Below, piece by piece: positions 20,723-24,000 of a DNA stretch of 24,000 nucleotides. A model generated the notes under the pieces. It was not told the origin of the DNA, did not search any database, and saw only the letters and a program-made list of their open reading frames with translations. Location: assembly GCF_003337735.1 (NCBI RefSeq), contig NZ_QPJY01000006.1:69005-93004 (forward strand). Reading direction: 5' to 3'. How positions within the stretch are numbered: the first letter of the stretch is position 1; every line of letters begins with the position of its first letter. The position numbers were made by a program, and so were the translations under genes. This DNA is from Thioalbus denitrificans. GTDB taxonomy: Bacteria; Pseudomonadota; Gammaproteobacteria; DSM-26407.

Positions 20723-21585
20723 CTCTCCTCCTCCCGGATGCCGGCGCGATCCGGCTCGTCGCGGTACCGGGTTTCATTGTAGACATCCACGGCCAGGCAC
20801 AGATCCTGCCACGACTTGCGCTTCTCCTGCGGCGAGCGCAGCAGGTAGGCCGGATGGTAGGTCACGACGAGCGGGATGCCGTCCCCGTCAAGCCGGTGCA
20901 CCCGGCCCCGCAGACGCCCGACGGGATCATGGCTGTGCAGCAGGGTCTGGGCGGCCACCCGACCCACCACCAGGACGATCTTCGGCTGCATCAGCTCGAT
21001 CTGGCGCCGCAGGAAGGGGAGACAGGCCGCTGCCTCCTCGGGCTTCGGATCGCGGTTGTTGGGCGGGCGGCACTTGAGGATGTTGGCGATATAGGCCCGG
21101 CTGCGATCGAGGCCGATGGCGGCCAGCATCGCGTCGAGCAGCTTGCCCGCCCGACCCACGAACGGTTCCCCCAGCCGGTCCTCGTCGGCACCCGGGGCCT
21201 CGCCGATGATCAGCCAGTCGGCGCTCCGGTTGCCCACGCCGAACACCGTCCGGCTGCGGTTGGCCACCAGTTCGGGGCACGCCTGGCAGTCGGCCACGCA
21301 GCCGGCAAGCGCCTCCCAGCCCAGGGTCGCGATCCGGTCGGGAATCCCCCTGCCCGTTTCCGGAGCCGTGGCGGAGACGGTTTCGGGCAGCGGAACCGCC
21401 GCCGGGCCGGGGCCTGCCACCGCTCCCGGTCCGGCGGTCTCCGCCGTGACCTCGGGCGCGGCGGACTGCGGCGCAGCACCGCCGGCCCCCGGGATGGCGG
21501 CGGCGGTGTCCGCCCGCCGTACCCAGGCGGTGATCCCCATGGCGTCCAGGTAACGCAGCCGGCGGTTGCTCACGGATATCGCCAT
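20719..21585 (-). CDS. Family-4 uracil-DNA glycosylase with an N-terminal psi(HolD)-like peptide and an Ala/Pro-rich linker
   Basis: The C-terminal ~190 aa include CQACPEL...[43 protein letters not shown]...[14 protein letters not shown]...[10 protein letters not shown], the UDG family 4 motifs (GEAPG, HPA/HPS). The N-terminus is [24 protein letters not shown], followed by about 70 aa of low-complexity A/P/G linker. Confidence 0.85.
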   Translation of the reverse strand: MAISVSNRRLRYLDAMGITAWVRRADTAAAIPGAGGAAPQSAAPEVTAETAGPGAVAGPGPAAVPLPETVSATAPETGRGIPDRIATLGWEALAGCVADCQACPELVANRSRTVFGVGNRSADWLIIGEAPGADEDRLGEPFVGRAGKLLDAMLAAIGLDRSRAYIANILKCRPPNNRDPKPEEAAACLPFLRRQIELMQPKIVLVVGRVAAQTLLHSHDPVGRLRGRVHRLDGDGIPLVVTYHPAYLLRSPQEKRKSWQDLCLAVDVYNETRYRDEPDRAGIREEER

Positions 21586-21609
21586 GGCCGGTCCGGGGGT
21601 GGCGCCCCT

Positions 21610-23160
21610 TCAGACATCCCCGAGCTGGGGGTGCGCGCGGGCCGTCGGCTCCAGGATCTTGTTCAGGGCGTTGACGTAGGACTTGGCGGAGGCGATGACG
21701 ATGTCCGTGTCGGCGCCCAGTCCGTTGACGATCCGGCCGCCCTTCTCCAGCCGGACCGTCACCTCGCCCTGGGAGTCGGTGCCGCTGGTGATGGCGTTCA
21801 CCGAGTAGAGTTGCAGCGTCGTCTGGCTGTTGACCACCGATTCAATGGCCTTGAAGGCGGCATCGACCGGTCCGCCACCGGGCGCCGTGGTCCGCACCTC
21901 CGTCCCGTCGACGGTCAGGGTGACCGTGGCCTCGGGAGTCTCCCCGGTCTCGGAACAGACCCGCAGGGAGACCAGCTTGACCCGCTCATTGCCGCTCTCG
22001 AGGCTGGCCTCGGTGACCAGCGCCTGCAGGTCCTCGTCATAGATCTCGTGCTTCTTGTCGGCGAGGTCCTTGAACCGGGCGAAGGCGCTGTTGAGATCCT
22101 CCTCGGATTCGAAGTGGACCCCGAGGTCCTCGAGCCGACTGCGGAAGGCGTTGCGTCCCGAGTGCTTGCCCAGGACGATGCGGTTGGCGCTCCAGCCCAC
22201 ATCCTCGGCGCGCATGATCTCGTAGGTCTCGCGGCTCTTGAGCACGCCGTCCTGGTGGATGCCCGACTCGTGGGCGAAGGCGTTGGCGCCCACGATGGCC
22301 TTGTTGGGCTGCACCGGGAAGCCGGTGATGCCCGCCACCAGCCGCGAGCAGGTCATGATCTGGGTGGTGTCCAGGTCGGTGTCGCAGGGGAAGACATCGC
22401 GCCGGGTACGCACCGCCATGACCACCTCCTCCAGGGAGGCGTTGCCCGCCCGTTCGCCCAGGCCGTTCAGCGTGCACTCCACCTGGCGGGCGCCGTTGAG
22501 CACCGCGGCCAGCGAGTTGGAGACCGCCAGGCCCAGATCGTTGTGGCAGTGCACCGAGAAGACCGCCCGATCGGCATTGGGAATGCGCTCCATCAGCTGC
22601 CGGATGGTCTCCCCGAACTGGTGGGGCATGGCGTAGCCCACCGTGTCCGGCACGTTGACGGTGGTGGCGCCGGCCTCGATGACCGCCTCGAAGATGCGGC
22701 ACAGGAAATCGAGCTCGGAGCGCCCGGCATCCTCGGCCGAGAACTCCACGTTGTCGGTCCACTGGCGCGCCCGCTTCACCGCCCAGACCGCCTGTTCCAG
22801 CACCTGGTCCGGGTTCATGCGCAGCTTGCGCTCCATGTGGATGGGCGAAGTGGCTATGAAGGTATGGATGCGTCCGGACTCCGCCTCGCGCAGCGCCTCC
22901 CCGGCCCGGTCGATATCCTTCTCCAGGGCGCGGGCCAGGCCGCAGACGGTGCTCTCGCGAACGGCTCTGGCAACGGCCTGCACCGCCTCGAAATCACCCG
23001 GGCTGGCCATGGGGAAGCCGGCCTCGATCACATCCACGCGCAGGCGCTCCAGCGCCTTGGCGATACGAATCTTCTCCTCCCTGGTCATGGAGGCGCCGGG
23101 GCTCTGTTCGCCGTCGCGCAGCGTGGTGTCGAAGATGATGAGTTTGTCTGGCTGGGTCAT
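21610..23160 (-). CDS. leuA: 2-isopropylmalate synthase
   Basis: It includes [43 protein letters not shown]...[16 protein letters not shown]...[14 protein letters not shown]...HESGIHQDG plus the C-terminal LeuA dimerisation/regulatory domain. I chose ATG 23160, 8 nt after GAGGAG. The GTG at 23169 in the track is less likely. Confidence 0.93.
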   Translation of the reverse strand: MTQPDKLIIFDTTLRDGEQSPGASMTREEKIRIAKALERLRVDVIEAGFPMASPGDFEAVQAVARAVRESTVCGLARALEKDIDRAGEALREAESGRIHTFIATSPIHMERKLRMNPDQVLEQAVWAVKRARQWTDNVEFSAEDAGRSELDFLCRIFEAVIEAGATTVNVPDTVGYAMPHQFGETIRQLMERIPNADRAVFSVHCHNDLGLAVSNSLAAVLNGARQVECTLNGLGERAGNASLEEVVMAVRTRRDVFPCDTDLDTTQIMTCSRLVAGITGFPVQPNKAIVGANAFAHESGIHQDGVLKSRETYEIMRAEDVGWSANRIVLGKHSGRNAFRSRLEDLGVHFESEEDLNSAFARFKDLADKKHEIYDEDLQALVTEASLESGNERVKLVSLRVCSETGETPEATVTLTVDGTEVRTTAPGGGPVDAAFKAIESVVNSQTTLQLYSVNAITSGTDSQGEVTVRLEKGGRIVNGLGADTDIVIASAKSYVNALNKILEPTARAHPQLGDV

Positions 23161-23384
23161 GAATTCCACTCCTCGTAGCGCACTCCAGTTTACAGCCCTT
23201 CAACCCGACAAAGCCACATTGAGCGCCCGGGGAAGCCGGCCCCGGGACATGGCCGGGGCGCACGGCAGGCGGAGCCACGCCCCGCGGTTGCAGCGCCGGA
23301 CAAGGCCCTTGGGCCCTTGCCTGCGCACTGCGCCTTGTCCCGACGTTTTCGGGGGGCTCTGCAAACACTTTTCAGATGTGAAAC

Positions 23385-23416
23385 ACCACCCAGGGCGGGA
23401 GAGCTTCCCGGGTGGT
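23385..23416 (-). terminator. Hairpin downstream of pssA (possible terminator)
   Basis: The arms accaccc(a)ggg (23385-23395) and cccgggtggt (23407-23416) enclose an 11-nt loop. On the - strand the hairpin is followed by gtttcac, a weak U-tract. It lies 27 nt after the pssA stop. Confidence 0.3.
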
Positions 23417-23442
23417 CGCGGGGAGTCGGCCGGGACGGAGGC

Positions 23443-24000
23443 TCAGTGCCCGCCGCTGTCGCGATCCCGGGCCCGGACGGCACGGCGGCGGCGGACATCC
23501 CGCAGGGTCAGTATCGGTCCGGAAAGGGCGTAGAGGAGGAATCCGGCGAACAGCACACGGGAGGGCGAAGTGGCCACGAGCATGAACAGGAGCACCACGA
23601 CGAGGATGCGGAAGAACGGGACCTTGCCGCGGAAATCCAGATCCTTGAAGCTGTGGTAGCGCAGGTTGCTGACCATCAGCAGCCCGGCCAGGGCGGTCAG
23701 CACCAGGGCGGGAACGGCCACCAGGTCCGGCCCCAGCCCGTACTCGGTGCCCACCCAGACCATGCCCGCCACGATGGCTGCGGCGGACGGGCTCGGGAGC
23801 CCCTGGAAATAGCGCTTGTCGGCACTGCCGACCTGGGTGTTGAAGCGGGCCAGCCGCAGGGCCGCGCTGGCGGTATAGAGGAATGCGGCCAGCCAGCCCA
23901 GCTTGCCCAGCGAGGAGAGGGCCCACTCGTAGGCCACCAGCGCCGGGGCCACGCCGAACGCCACCATGTCGGAGAGGCTGTCGTACTCGGCGCCGAACGC
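23443..24000 (-). CDS. pssA: CDP-diacylglycerol--serine O-phosphatidyltransferase (CDP-alcohol transferase type), C-terminal part; gene continues past the right edge
   Basis: Reading from the window edge gives ...FGAEYDSLSDMVAFGVAPALVAY..., the end of the DGx2ARx8Gx3Dx3D CDP-alcohol phosphatidyltransferase motif. It is followed by ...LRLARFNTQ......YFQGLPSPSAA and several TM helices, as is typical of small type-II PssA. Confidence 0.85.
   Translation of the reverse strand, partial: AFGAEYDSLSDMVAFGVAPALVAYEWALSSLGKLGWLAAFLYTASAALRLARFNTQVGSADKRYFQGLPSPSAAAIVAGMVWVGTEYGLGPDLVAVPALVLTALAGLLMVSNLRYHSFKDLDFRGKVPFFRILVVVLLFMLVATSPSRVLFAGFLLYALSGPILTLRDVRRRRAVRARDRDSGGH

Noticed and set aside
20854-23178. 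A 774-aa + strand ORF. Similar long + strand ORFs lie at 778-2346, 36-890, 13463-14776 and 14436-15740
   Set aside because: All are mirror-image shadow ORFs of leuA/UDG4, guaB, guaA, proB and obg respectively. They show the same low-complexity composition and have no independent signals.
23161-23442. A possible leucine attenuator or leader peptide upstream of leuA
   Set aside because: The 280-nt leader is GC-rich and hairpin-prone (for example ggacaaggc...gccttgtcc at 23298-23340). I found no short ORF with consecutive Leu codons and no hairpin with a convincing U-tract before leuA. There is no support for classical attenuation from sequence alone.

Overview
Visibly GC-rich, strongly GC3-biased chromosomal DNA. 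Gene content and order are those of a gammaproteobacterial core region, matching the Pseudomonas-type block rplU-rpmA-obg-proB / rpsT / murJ-ribF-ileS-lspA-fkpB-ispH. From left to right: guaA (partial) and guaB (-), a divergent two-repeat lipoprotein (+), and xseA (+). Then ispH, fkpB, lspA, ileS, ribF and murJ (all -), followed by rpsT (+). Then proB, obg, rpmA, rplU and an OmpA-domain protein (all -), and an orphan OmpR-family response regulator (+). Finally tcdA, a TatD-family hydrolase, rimI, a family-4 uracil-DNA glycosylase, leuA and pssA (partial), all on the - strand. I found no rRNA, tRNA, CRISPR array, prophage, toxin-antitoxin pair, defence island or secretion system, so the protein-coding content is ordinary housekeeping. 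Four things are not explained by the gene list. (1) A ~227-bp MITE-like element is present three times. Its ends are built from iterated ACAGGATTN 9-mers, one copy carries an unrelated core, and two copies donate stop codons to xseA and lspA. (2) An octamer microsatellite, (ACTCACGC)n on the coding strand, occurs twice in the ribF-to-ispH gene string. One tract directly abuts the ispH ATG, which has no Shine-Dalgarno sequence. The other lies just upstream of a predicted ribF promoter. (3) The UDG4 gene sits in the holD position upstream of rimI and has an N-terminal peptide resembling the DNA polymerase III psi N-terminus. (4) An AT-rich divergent control region contains a terminator-like hairpin just upstream of the response regulator. 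The very long + strand ORFs opposite ileS, leuA and guaB are GC-bias shadow ORFs. All homology statements come from my own recognition of the protein sequences, not from a database search.
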